A DNA stretch of 64,000 nt. It comes from Acinetobacter phage 133. Positions 46,846 to 55,693 of this stretch are shown piece by piece. The DNA is taken from sequence record HM114315.1; one strand, given 5' to 3'. The position numbers were made by a program, and so were the translations under genes. Below the pieces are notes generated by a model. It saw only the letters and a program-made list of their open reading frames with translations. It ran no database searches and was not told the DNA's origin. Every line of letters begins with the position of its first letter. Position 1 is the stretch's first letter.

Positions 46846-47781
46846 TTAAACATCTAGACCTTTCATTAAGTCTTCGAATTCCGCATTTGTATCAGCGCCT
46901 GGAGTTGAGGCCATTGCTGCATCCAATTCAGCTTCAAGATCAACAGCCGGAGCACCTGATGGCGCAGCATTGAATGCGTCCATATCATTACCAAACGCAT
47001 TAAGCTCATCTTCCATGCTAGCCGCTTGTTTTGCAGCCGTTGCTACTGCACCACCCATTGCCGCAGTTCCCATAACTTTATGGAATTTTTCGGTGTTCTT
47101 TTCAAGAGAATCGAACTTGCTCGGTGCAACAATTTCGCTTAGATCACTCATTCCTTCAGAAATCTTAGCTTGCATTTCTGGGGTATCAATACCTGGAATT
47201 GGACCTGGTGTCATGAATTGCGAATCGTCGTAGTTCGGGAAACCGCCTGATTGCTTAACTTTAAGCAACAAGTTTGCCCCACCGTATACACAAGTTACGT
47301 CAACTGGGACTTGGCCTAATGATTCGTCCACAATAGACTGCGCTTGAATTTTTTCCATGATCTTAACACCGAAACGGTATTTCATGACCTTGCCTTCATT
47401 TTCTGGGCAGCCTGGATCTTTAAGAACCAAGATATTCACCCAGTAATTGGTTTTACGTTTCACTTTGTCCCATAGCGGTTTGTTGCTATCATAAAGATCT
47501 TGTTCTTTAATGAAGGCACATACTGGACATGAATCGTAATCACCATGAGTTGATGTACAGTTCGCAAAGTAAGATTTACCATTGTTTTTAAACGAGTGAT
47601 TAATCAATTTGGTGAACGGTAGCTCATCATCCGGGTGTGGCAAAATACGAATAACTGCTGAAGCATTTCCGTTTGCATCAGGAGTTGGTTTCCATAGTTT
47701 GTCATCATTATTATTATAACCACCTTTCATTGAAGTAAGTTGGGCTTGAAGTGCTGCAGGGTCTTTACGTTTGAATAACAT
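46846..47781 (-). CDS. 32: Single-stranded DNA-binding protein gp32
   Basis: Aligns with T4 gp32 (zinc site STHGDYDSCPVC, KRKT.YW.NILV.KDP..PENEGKV.KYRFG.KI, VDVTC, GANL.LKVKQ, acidic C-terminus). Confidence 0.9.
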   Translation of the reverse strand: MLFKRKDPAALQAQLTSMKGGYNNNDDKLWKPTPDANGNASAVIRILPHPDDELPFTKLINHSFKNNGKSYFANCTSTHGDYDSCPVCAFIKEQDLYDSNKPLWDKVKRKTNYWVNILVLKDPGCPENEGKVMKYRFGVKIMEKIQAQSIVDESLGQVPVDVTCVYGGANLLLKVKQSGGFPNYDDSQFMTPGPIPGIDTPEMQAKISEGMSDLSEIVAPSKFDSLEKNTEKFHKVMGTAAMGGAVATAAKQAASMEDELNAFGNDMDAFNAAPSGAPAVDLEAELDAAMASTPGADTNAEFEDLMKGLDV

Positions 47782-47790
47782 AGTAGTTTC

Positions 47791-48441
47791 CTATTGTTTA
47801 CATGATTTGATTGTTTCTACAAAAAGTTGTTTAGCTTTTGCAGAGTCTACGGTTAAAATTTTGCGATACCCATTCAGACGTTTGGAATATGACTCCCAAA
47901 CAATGTCGTCGTGCTTATCCATATTATTTATAATGTCCAAAAAACTGTCCAACAAAATGAAAGTCTCAAATGAGATGATGTCATTCTGCAGGAGCTTGAA
48001 CACATAAGACGTTGATATGTTTTCATTATACACGAAAATATCTCGAAGCGCTTTAATACCAATCTTTTCAGAAAAATAATAAATACTGCGAATATCTTCT
48101 TGATAACGGGTTTGAACTTGAGTCAATCTTCCCAGATATTCTCTATAAAAAATCAAAGCATCAGCGTCCGAAATCTCACCGATCCAAGCGTCTTGGTTTG
48201 CAACCAAATTACTTATGAATATTAAACATAAATCCTTAAGCGTATGACGGGAGGAGAGTCTTTCGAAAAACATTTTGTCACGACGCTTATTATACGCAGC
48301 ATCGGAAAGCTTCATTGACCAATTATATTTCACGACGTCATACTTGCCATTAAAATGACCTTTTAACTGCAAGTACAACTTAAAGACACTCTTGCCATCA
48401 ATGCGCCGGGCATTGTTTTGTGGCAATTGAATATCAAGCAT
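47791..48441 (-). CDS. 59: Helicase loader gp59
   Basis: Aligns with T4 gp59 (IDGKSV.KLYL..K.H.NGKYDV.KYNW.M..SDAAY.KRRDK.FF..LS, LIFISNLVANQDAWIG.ISDADAL.FYREY). Confidence 0.9.
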   Translation of the reverse strand: MLDIQLPQNNARRIDGKSVFKLYLQLKGHFNGKYDVVKYNWSMKLSDAAYNKRRDKMFFERLSSRHTLKDLCLIFISNLVANQDAWIGEISDADALIFYREYLGRLTQVQTRYQEDIRSIYYFSEKIGIKALRDIFVYNENISTSYVFKLLQNDIISFETFILLDSFLDIINNMDKHDDIVWESYSKRLNGYRKILTVDSAKAKQLFVETIKSCKQ

Positions 48442-48733
48442 TTAGAATAAAGTCCAGTGTAGCTGATTGGTGATAATTCACCATTGATGGGGCCACCAAG
48501 CGTTCTTCAATAGCTTCCAGCTTGATCGCTTCAATAATGGATGTAGGCAGATAACGCTGATATTGCGCTTCAGTAAATCCACTTTCCTCGAGCCACTTGG
48601 TGGCTGCTTCCAGGTATAAACACCCAGTCTCAGCCACTTCGCGTTCAATTTTTTCTGACGCTTCTTGTTTGGAAGTCGCGTCATGCAATACTTTATGCAC
48701 TTCGTTTGTTGAACACTGCATCATATACCCCAA
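48434..48733 (-). CDS. 33: Late transcription co-activator gp33-like
   Basis: Position between dsbA and 59 as in T4. About 99 aa, acidic, with a hydrophobic C-terminal LDFILNA resembling a clamp-binding tail. Start uncertain. Confidence 0.5.
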   Translation of the reverse strand: MGYMMQCSTNEVHKVLHDATSKQEASEKIEREVAETGCLYLEAATKWLEESGFTEAQYQRYLPTSIIEAIKLEAIEERLVAPSMVNYHQSATLDFILNA

Positions 48734-48971
48734 TTACTTCTTCATTTTCCGCTTCGACTTTATCGCGTTCGCCTTTATGGTGAATAGATAACACTTTATT
48801 AAACATCTTTGGTGTCAATCCAAGTTCATCTTTGGCCAAAGTGCGCAAGTCCTTAATGGAATCATTTGCTGATTCAACCTGGAATTTTAATCCAGACGCT
48901 TGGCTAATAAGTTCACGTAAACGTGCACCGTGAACTGCTTCATTGAATTCAATTTTTTCTTTCTTAGCCAT
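48693..48971 (-). CDS. dsbA: dsDNA-binding protein DsbA
   Basis: Aligns with T4 DsbA (MAKKE.IEF.EA.HG, KDELG...KMFN..L...HK..RD..EAE.EEV...YD.VF.K). ATG at 48971 with GGAG RBS. Confidence 0.8.
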   Translation of the reverse strand: MAKKEKIEFNEAVHGARLRELISQASGLKFQVESANDSIKDLRTLAKDELGLTPKMFNKVLSIHHKGERDKVEAENEEVIGVYDAVFNKRSA

Positions 48972-48981
48972 GATAAGCTCC

Positions 48982-49926
48982 TTAGAATTGGTCGATGTCT
49001 TTAAGTAATTTTGAAAGTCCAGAACGTATGAAATACTTATACATTTTGCCTTTTGACGCAGGCACAGCATTTTCATACATTTCTCGAATTTGCTCCTGAT
49101 ATACATCAGGGATTCGGGATAAGTCTATTAAATCACGGTTTTCTTTGAAGCGTTTCCAAAGTGTCCCATCATTTAATAATTTTTCAATTTGCTCATCAGT
49201 AGTGCAATCAGCAATTGATTCAATCCATTTAGTAGCTGCAGGCGGAGCTCGCTGGCCTTCTAATGGATTAACATAAAAATCATTGCGAGTTTGGATAGGT
49301 GAAACCCCATCTTTTTTATCACCCTTTACAATTTTAACCATCAAGTCCATATGAGATGAACCAAATTTTGGTTTTACAAACTTTTTAAGAGTTGGACTCC
49401 ATTGCTTAACCATATCACCTTTATGTAACTGAGTGAAATCGCCATCTGACGACATAATCAACACTGGAATATTTCGCACCAAACAATAGTTTGTAATGAC
49501 TCCAATATGATCATCCGCTTCAATACGTGGAATACTTAAAACGATGTAAGGCATATTATCCTGAATTTCTTGAAGCACAGTAGGGAAGTGTTCAAAAAAA
49601 CCGTCAAAATCAAATTTTGAATCTTCTCGCATTTTTTGGCGATTACGTTTGTAATAATCGGCAATATCGCGGCGAGTATAACCGTGCATATGAGTGTTAT
49701 CCACTGTAACAACAATGGTTGGGTAACCTTCTTTGCGGGCTCGTACTACATTTGATTTTAACGTTGACAATATTAGATGTCGCATCATTCCGATATTGAA
49801 GGTCTCGTATTCTTTACCGCTGAAGTTTTGAACTGCGGTAGCAATAGCAAGTTGGGAAATATCAATAAGTGCAACACCAGGTTTTTTCGGCTCATGATTC
49901 ATTTGAACTAGAAAATCTAACGACAT
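48982..49926 (-). CDS. rnh: RNase H (5-prime to 3-prime exonuclease)
   Basis: Aligns with T4 RNase H (MRHLIL, MPYIV..I...EADDHI, ISSDGDFTQLHK, VKQWSP, ILKGDKKD.V, GLSKL...I..F). Confidence 0.9.
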   Translation of the reverse strand: MSLDFLVQMNHEPKKPGVALIDISQLAIATAVQNFSGKEYETFNIGMMRHLILSTLKSNVVRARKEGYPTIVVTVDNTHMHGYTRRDIADYYKRNRQKMREDSKFDFDGFFEHFPTVLQEIQDNMPYIVLSIPRIEADDHIGVITNYCLVRNIPVLIMSSDGDFTQLHKGDMVKQWSPTLKKFVKPKFGSSHMDLMVKIVKGDKKDGVSPIQTRNDFYVNPLEGQRAPPAATKWIESIADCTTDEQIEKLLNDGTLWKRFKENRDLIDLSRIPDVYQEQIREMYENAVPASKGKMYKYFIRSGLSKLLKDIDQF

Positions 49927-49994
49927 AATGTTCTCCTTGTGAAATGATTATAGCTAAATAAATATATGCAAATGACAACTATGTGGAGGGTCCT

Positions 49995-52900
49995 ATGTTG
50001 GACACTATCAAAAAGAGTTTTCGCGCGACTTCAGGTCTTGACGCGGCAGGCGAAAAATTAATTAATGTTGCAACAGCCGACCGCGCAGTTTTAACTGATG
50101 GTGTAAACGTTGAATATTTCTTCCAAGAAAACACCATTCAAGAATATAAACCAGATCGCGCTTATATAAAGGGCTTTGCTGTTATTCATAACAATAAAAT
50201 TTGGGTTAGCCAGGTTGATATTGCAGAGCCAGCTGGACCATTTACAGAAGGCAAATGGTCGCCAATTCGAGTAGACCCAAAATGGGTACTTATTCAAGGC
50301 GGTACACGTCCGCTCCGATCAGGTGAATATCTTACTGTAGATTCGGCATTAAACACTCCAATTGCGTTTACCCTTCCTACTGATGCAATTGATGGCGACA
50401 CTATTGTTATTCGAGATGTCGGAGGTCGAGTAGGTTACAATTCAGTAACGGTTGCGGCATCAAGTCAAAGTATCCGCCATAAAGGGGTTTCGGTACGTGA
50501 TTTCCAAATGACTGTTCCATATTCAGAAATGGTTTTGGTTTATAATAATCGTTTGTGGAACCTATTTGTACAAGCCCCGGAAGAGTACGTTTCAACGGCT
50601 ACAACTGCAACACCATTTGACGCACAATCAGGTCAATCCATTTTGCGCCAATACTTGCAATTAAGCCCAATTACAATTCGATTACCAAAATATGCGAATC
50701 ACGGTGACATTATTCAATTCACGGGCATGGACCATCCGAATGTACCATATTATCACTGTATTATTAATACTTTTGACACCAATACTTCGGTTTACAGCCC
50801 AGGTCAGAAAACACTTGAAGTTAAATATGCTTTAAACGGCTACTTTATTTTCAACTCTGAAACCCAAACATGGGGCTTATATGATGGTAATGTGGCCGAC
50901 CGTTTACGTACTGTCTCTGCTGATACTAATTTATTTCCAGGTGAAACCGTATCTGTAGTTGGTCAGGATAACACAACAGTCCAAACCATTAAACTCACTT
51001 TGCCTACAAACGTTCAACCAGGTGATCAAATCACTGTGGCTTTGAACTATATGCGTAAAGGTCAAACGGTTAAGATTGCTGCGGGTGGAACAGATAAAAT
51101 TCTAACTACTCAAAATATGATGCAGTTCCCTAAACGTTCATCATATCCACCAAATGGCAACTGGTTGAACACACTAGAATTAGAATTCAATGGTTCTACT
51201 TCGTATCCGCCAATTATTACATTTGCCTACATTCCGATGGGCCCAATTAGTCAATGGATGGTTGTTGAAAACGTGCCTCAACTTGAGCGTGTTGATCCAA
51301 CAACCAATGCAACCCGTGGTCGCCTAGGTGTTATTGCGCTTGCTACTCAATTGCAGGCTGATTTAGATAAAGAACAGATCAGCGATACATTAAATGCCTT
51401 GGCCCGTGAAGTTGCTATCACACCTGAGACTTTAGCTGCTCGTGTTGCTCTCGAAACTCGCCGCGGTATTGCACGTATTGCAACCACACCAGAAGTCAAC
51501 CAGGCGTCCACTGCAACATATTTGGACGATGTTATAGTTACACCTAAGAAACTTAACGAACGTGTAGCTACGGAAGATATGCGAGGCCTGGCGGAGATTG
51601 TGTCAGAGCCTGAGATGAAAGATAACTCAAACGACACACATATTGTAACTCCGAAGAAGCTGGATTCTCGTCGTGCCACCGAAGGCTTAACTGGTGTAGC
51701 TTTTGTTGTGACAAAAGCGGGTGCCCCTGCAACGATTCGTACCGGTAAAGGGACTGGGTTATTTGATACTGAGGATCATGGAAAAATTGTAACTCCATTG
51801 GTTTTGGGTGAGTTTAAAGCAACGCCAAACCAGATTGGTGCTGGATTTATTGCATTAGAATCTGAGGTTATTGCAGGAACAGCAGACCCTGTGCAGGGCC
51901 CATTATTTGTTACTCCTGCAATGTTACATAAAAAGACGGCAACAGAAAGTCGAATCGGGCTTGCTGAAATTGCAACTCAGGCTGAAACCGATGCTGGTGC
52001 GGATGATCTTCGTTTTGTAACACCGAAAAAGTTGGCAGGACGTATTGCAAAGGAAAATCAGACGGGCGTTTCACGCATTGCTACGCAACCTGAATTTGAT
52101 GCCGGTGTATTAGATAATGTAATATCTACTCCATTAAAAATTAAAACTTATTTTAGTGGTAATAGATTATCTACCCAGGCCGTAAGTGGACTAACAGGGG
52201 CAGGGACCGTATGGGACCATTATACACTTGATATTCTTGAAGCAACAGAGAACCAACGGGGAACTTTACTTGTTGCTACACAAGCTATTACAGATCAAGG
52301 TGTTAGTGATAACACAATTATCACTCCTAAGAAATTGCAGGCTAAAAAAGCGACTACGACGGCGGAAGGTATTGTTAGAATTGCAAACGCAGCTGAAACT
52401 AACGCAGGGGTTTCAGCGATTACTGCAGTGTGTCCGGTGAACTTGAAGAATGCTATTCAGGTTGAAAAAACTTGGGAAGCTCAAACAACCGTTCGTGGTA
52501 CGGTGAAGATGACCGAAGGTGCTTTGACATTTGTTGGTAACGACACTGCTGGAAGTACGCAAGATCTTGAGTTGTACCAAAAAACAGGTTATGCAATTTC
52601 ACCATATGAACTGAATAAAACATTGTCTAATTTTATGCCATTAAAAGCTAAAGCGGTTGATTCTGATAAATTGGATGGACTTGATTCTACTCAGTTTGTC
52701 CGTCGTGATATTGATCAAACCGTCAATGGCTCGTTAACGTTAACAAAACACACTCAATTTAATAGCTCGGCTGATATTACTGGTTTAGTTACTATTGGAC
52801 GGGGTGCGGGCGCTGGTACTGATGTTGATTATCCAAACTTAATTATTAAGCAAGGTAATCGAAATACTAAATTTGTGGTTTCGTCTTACGATACAATCAC

Positions 52901-53828
52901 TGAAGCAATTTTCAAATTTGGCTATTCATCTGCATTAGATAATGTTGTAACTAAACCGATTTACGAAATCGATGGCCCGACTGGCGTATTCACGTTCAAA
53001 GACGCTGTAGTTGCGGACAAAACAGTTTTAGTTAAGGGTGGGGTGGTAACAAATGGAACTGTTAACACAACATCGACCGGTTATTTTATCGACGGTAATG
53101 CAGCAATAACAAAAGTTGGAACAACGGAACTGACTGTTGGGACTACAGGACGAAAGCTGAATTTAACTAGTAATGATGCGGGTAATATTATTGCTGGCGA
53201 CGCTTCTTCGTCATATAAAGTGTTGACAGAAAAAAATATGAACACTATCCTTAATCCGATTTATGTGAATAAGACAGGTGATTCAATGTCAGGTAGATTG
53301 GATGTATCCGCACCAGTGGCAGCCAAATTCACTGGAGTGACACAAGCCAATATTAACCAAAACCCTACAGCTGCTTCAATTGGTATGTGGTCGGTTGAAA
53401 TAACTTCGCCTCTAATATATAACCAGCTGAACGGGTATCTCGTTCCTGTATATGAAAATCATCCTGATACAGGATTACCATACGTTGCCCGTTATGATGA
53501 GTTTAAGTCTTCTGGTACATTATCTCAATTTGGTACAGATCTTAAAACGACTTATCAGATCTGGCAACCACGGCCAACCGTAACAACGGATTTGCATACT
53601 GCAAATACCATGTGGATTCGACAGTTCAATGTTGCTAAAAATGCGTGGGACGGCTTTGGTCGCATGTATTCAAGCAATTTACCACCAACAGCTGCTGATA
53701 TTGGCGCGATAAGCAATGATGGATCTGCACTGAATAACTTGCGTATTCGTGATTGGATTCAAATTGGCAACTTGCGTATATACCCTGATGTAGCATCACG
53801 TTCAGTTAAATTTGACTGGATTGACTAG
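49995..53828 (+). CDS. 34: Long tail fiber proximal subunit gp34
   Basis: N-terminus aligns with T4 gp34 (FRA..GLDA.G.K.INVA.ADR.V.TDGVNV.Y..QENT.Q.Y, IDGDTIV..D.GG, LPTN...GD...V..NYMRKGQTVKI.A, ARGRLGVIALATQ), plus repeat modules. ATG at 49995 after GGAGGG. Confidence 0.9.
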   Translation: MLDTIKKSFRATSGLDAAGEKLINVATADRAVLTDGVNVEYFFQENTIQEYKPDRAYIKGFAVIHNNKIWVSQVDIAEPAGPFTEGKWSPIRVDPKWVLIQGGTRPLRSGEYLTVDSALNTPIAFTLPTDAIDGDTIVIRDVGGRVGYNSVTVAASSQSIRHKGVSVRDFQMTVPYSEMVLVYNNRLWNLFVQAPEEYVSTATTATPFDAQSGQSILRQYLQLSPITIRLPKYANHGDIIQFTGMDHPNVPYYHCIINTFDTNTSVYSPGQKTLEVKYALNGYFIFNSETQTWGLYDGNVADRLRTVSADTNLFPGETVSVVGQDNTTVQTIKLTLPTNVQPGDQITVALNYMRKGQTVKIAAGGTDKILTTQNMMQFPKRSSYPPNGNWLNTLELEFNGSTSYPPIITFAYIPMGPISQWMVVENVPQLERVDPTTNATRGRLGVIALATQLQADLDKEQISDTLNALAREVAITPETLAARVALETRRGIARIATTPEVNQASTATYLDDVIVTPKKLNERVATEDMRGLAEIVSEPEMKDNSNDTHIVTPKKLDSRRATEGLTGVAFVVTKAGAPATIRTGKGTGLFDTEDHGKIVTPLVLGEFKATPNQIGAGFIALESEVIAGTADPVQGPLFVTPAMLHKKTATESRIGLAEIATQAETDAGADDLRFVTPKKLAGRIAKENQTGVSRIATQPEFDAGVLDNVISTPLKIKTYFSGNRLSTQAVSGLTGAGTVWDHYTLDILEATENQRGTLLVATQAITDQGVSDNTIITPKKLQAKKATTTAEGIVRIANAAETNAGVSAITAVCPVNLKNAIQVEKTWEAQTTVRGTVKMTEGALTFVGNDTAGSTQDLELYQKTGYAISPYELNKTLSNFMPLKAKAVDSDKLDGLDSTQFVRRDIDQTVNGSLTLTKHTQFNSSADITGLVTIGRGAGAGTDVDYPNLIIKQGNRNTKFVVSSYDTITEAIFKFGYSSALDNVVTKPIYEIDGPTGVFTFKDAVVADKTVLVKGGVVTNGTVNTTSTGYFIDGNAAITKVGTTELTVGTTGRKLNLTSNDAGNIIAGDASSSYKVLTEKNMNTILNPIYVNKTGDSMSGRLDVSAPVAAKFTGVTQANINQNPTAASIGMWSVEITSPLIYNQLNGYLVPVYENHPDTGLPYVARYDEFKSSGTLSQFGTDLKTTYQIWQPRPTVTTDLHTANTMWIRQFNVAKNAWDGFGRMYSSNLPPTAADIGAISNDGSALNNLRIRDWIQIGNLRIYPDVASRSVKFDWID

Positions 53829-53836
53829 GAGATAAA

Positions 53837-54967
53837 ATGGCCCAACATCTAATGGCCAGTTTGAACGATGAGCGGGTTCAAGTTCAAACTGTTTCTGAAA
53901 GTAACTCGGTGGCGTTCAAACTGAACGTTGCCGGGGTCACCCGCCACAGCTCACCTCAGGTCCCGTATGTGATGTTAAACGACACCCCCTTAGGTGTACA
54001 AACCTTTGGTAATGGAATCAATGTGCGAGTCCTGGGCGCAAATAACACTATACTAGATAGAAAGGAATTTCAAACTACTAATGTGGATGGTACTGTTAAC
54101 TCGGCATTTGTATCTTATATGAATGCCATTACAGGCATTGCCATTATTTCGTCTGGCCCTAATATGAAAGCATCACCTGCTATTGATGCATGGTTTAGTC
54201 AAAGTTATTCTATTGCTTGGCCAGGTGCGTTTATTTGTAATAATTATGATGTTGCTTATGTCGCTACATATTCTGGTGCAAGTAAGCGAATTGTAATGGA
54301 AGCTAATTTATGCGATGATGGCACGGATAAAGGCCGGGCTACCATTGAAACTGTGTATGATTCATTGTCTGATATCGGAGCGACTGGATTCGCTTATAAA
54401 GCCATCTATGACCCGACGGAATATTCATCAGAATCTTTATACGAACTGAAACGATATCCAGTTGACAATGTATTGATCAGCCCATTTAATGAGTATGGAA
54501 TTGTTCCAGGTACAAACATGTTATTGTCGTGTGAACTATTTGCATCTCAGTCATTAATCCAAGCTGGGATGACAACACGCTTGAACTTGAGATGGTATAA
54601 TGGTTCTACTTTAGTTGATGCTAAGTCATTTGAAGTTAATGCCTTGACCCCTGATAAATGGATAAAGTTTGACGAGTATGTAAAGGTACCATTGAATGCA
54701 AATGGATTTACCATTGTTGTCTCAAGGTACCCTCGAAATAATGCTATTGCCGCTCGCGCCGCTGTACGAAGTCTGGTATTTAATTTAGTGTCCGGGCCAG
54801 ACGAGTTATCAACCGACGCTGCGATTGGGGTAAACGGGATCAAAACGAGTAATTTTATTCAAGGAACAGAGTCTAGTAAACGCATAATGAATTTGCCTGA
54901 CTCTACTACAACCCCCCGTAATTTCGTGTCACTTAATGACGTACATGAATTACCACTTACATATTAA
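53837..54967 (+). CDS. 35: Long tail fiber hinge connector gp35
   Basis: 376 aa versus 372 in T4. Sits between 34 and 36 with an AGGAG RBS. Confidence 0.75.
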   Translation: MAQHLMASLNDERVQVQTVSESNSVAFKLNVAGVTRHSSPQVPYVMLNDTPLGVQTFGNGINVRVLGANNTILDRKEFQTTNVDGTVNSAFVSYMNAITGIAIISSGPNMKASPAIDAWFSQSYSIAWPGAFICNNYDVAYVATYSGASKRIVMEANLCDDGTDKGRATIETVYDSLSDIGATGFAYKAIYDPTEYSSESLYELKRYPVDNVLISPFNEYGIVPGTNMLLSCELFASQSLIQAGMTTRLNLRWYNGSTLVDAKSFEVNALTPDKWIKFDEYVKVPLNANGFTIVVSRYPRNNAIAARAAVRSLVFNLVSGPDELSTDAAIGVNGIKTSNFIQGTESSKRIMNLPDSTTTPRNFVSLNDVHELPLTY

Positions 54968-54990
54968 AGGGACCTAGGTCCCTTTTTCAT
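54966..54990 (+). terminator. Terminator after gene 35 (same palindrome as at 12157)
   Basis: GGGACCTAGGTCCC followed by TTTTT. Confidence 0.6.
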
Positions 54991-54992
54991 TT

Positions 54993-55000
54993 TATAAATA
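54993..55000 (+). promoter_or_regulatory. Late promoter TATAAATA for genes 36 and 37
   Basis: Exact TATAAATA; a second TATAAATT follows at 55003. Confidence 0.65.
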
Positions 55001-55023
55001 CTTATAAATTAGGAGGATTCAAA

Positions 55024-55683
55024 ATGGCGGATTTAAAAGCCGGAACAACAGTCGGAGGCACACCAGTATGGACTCAGGGAACATTCCCTCTATTTCCGAC
55101 TGGCAACACTCTCCTATACAAAACATTTAAAGTCTATACTGAAAATGATAAACCCCAAGCCGCAGATAACGATTTTGTGTCTAAAGCAAGCGGCGGTACG
55201 TATGCGGCACCTTTACATGTGGAGTCATCAATAAATATCGCCAACGGCCCTTCATACAGAACAGGTGGTTTACAACTAGGTAATGGCGATGGCGGCACAC
55301 TTACAATGTGCAACATAGATTTGGTATCATGGTACGGTGTAGGCTTCAAAAGTTCTCAAGGCTCAGCTGGTCGAACCCTTGCTATTGATACACGAACAGG
55401 AAATGTATCGTCAACGGGTAGTGCAACATTTGCTTCATGGGTAGCATCAAATGTTACACCCATTTATCCTAATCATCTCACACGAAAGGATTATGTTGAT
55501 GGTTTAATAAATACTACTACAAACAACGCTAACTCACGTGTACTTAGAAGCGGTGATACTATGACAGGTAACCTAACAGTTCCTGCTGTGTACTTGAACG
55601 CTGAAGCAGCAAATCCAAATCAAGCTGCACGTTTAAGTCAAGTCGTGGTACGCGGCACAGTTCTAGATTACGGCGAATTTTAA
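55024..55683 (+). CDS. 36: Long tail fiber distal subunit gp36
   Basis: Aligns with T4 gp36 (MADLK.G.T.GG...W.QG.FPL.P, KPQAADNDFVSKA.GGTYA, IDLVSWYGVGFKSS.GS.GRT, LTRKDYVDG.INT.T.NANSRVLRSGDTMTGNLT). Confidence 0.85.
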   Translation: MADLKAGTTVGGTPVWTQGTFPLFPTGNTLLYKTFKVYTENDKPQAADNDFVSKASGGTYAAPLHVESSINIANGPSYRTGGLQLGNGDGGTLTMCNIDLVSWYGVGFKSSQGSAGRTLAIDTRTGNVSSTGSATFASWVASNVTPIYPNHLTRKDYVDGLINTTTNNANSRVLRSGDTMTGNLTVPAVYLNAEAANPNQAARLSQVVVRGTVLDYGEF

Positions 55684-55693
55684 GGAAATTATT

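Noticed and set aside
49951-49970. CTAAATAAATATAT upstream of gene 34 as a late promoter
   Set aside because: It contains ATAAATA but not the full TATAAATA, so I did not call it. Gene 34 may be served by a weaker variant or by read-through.
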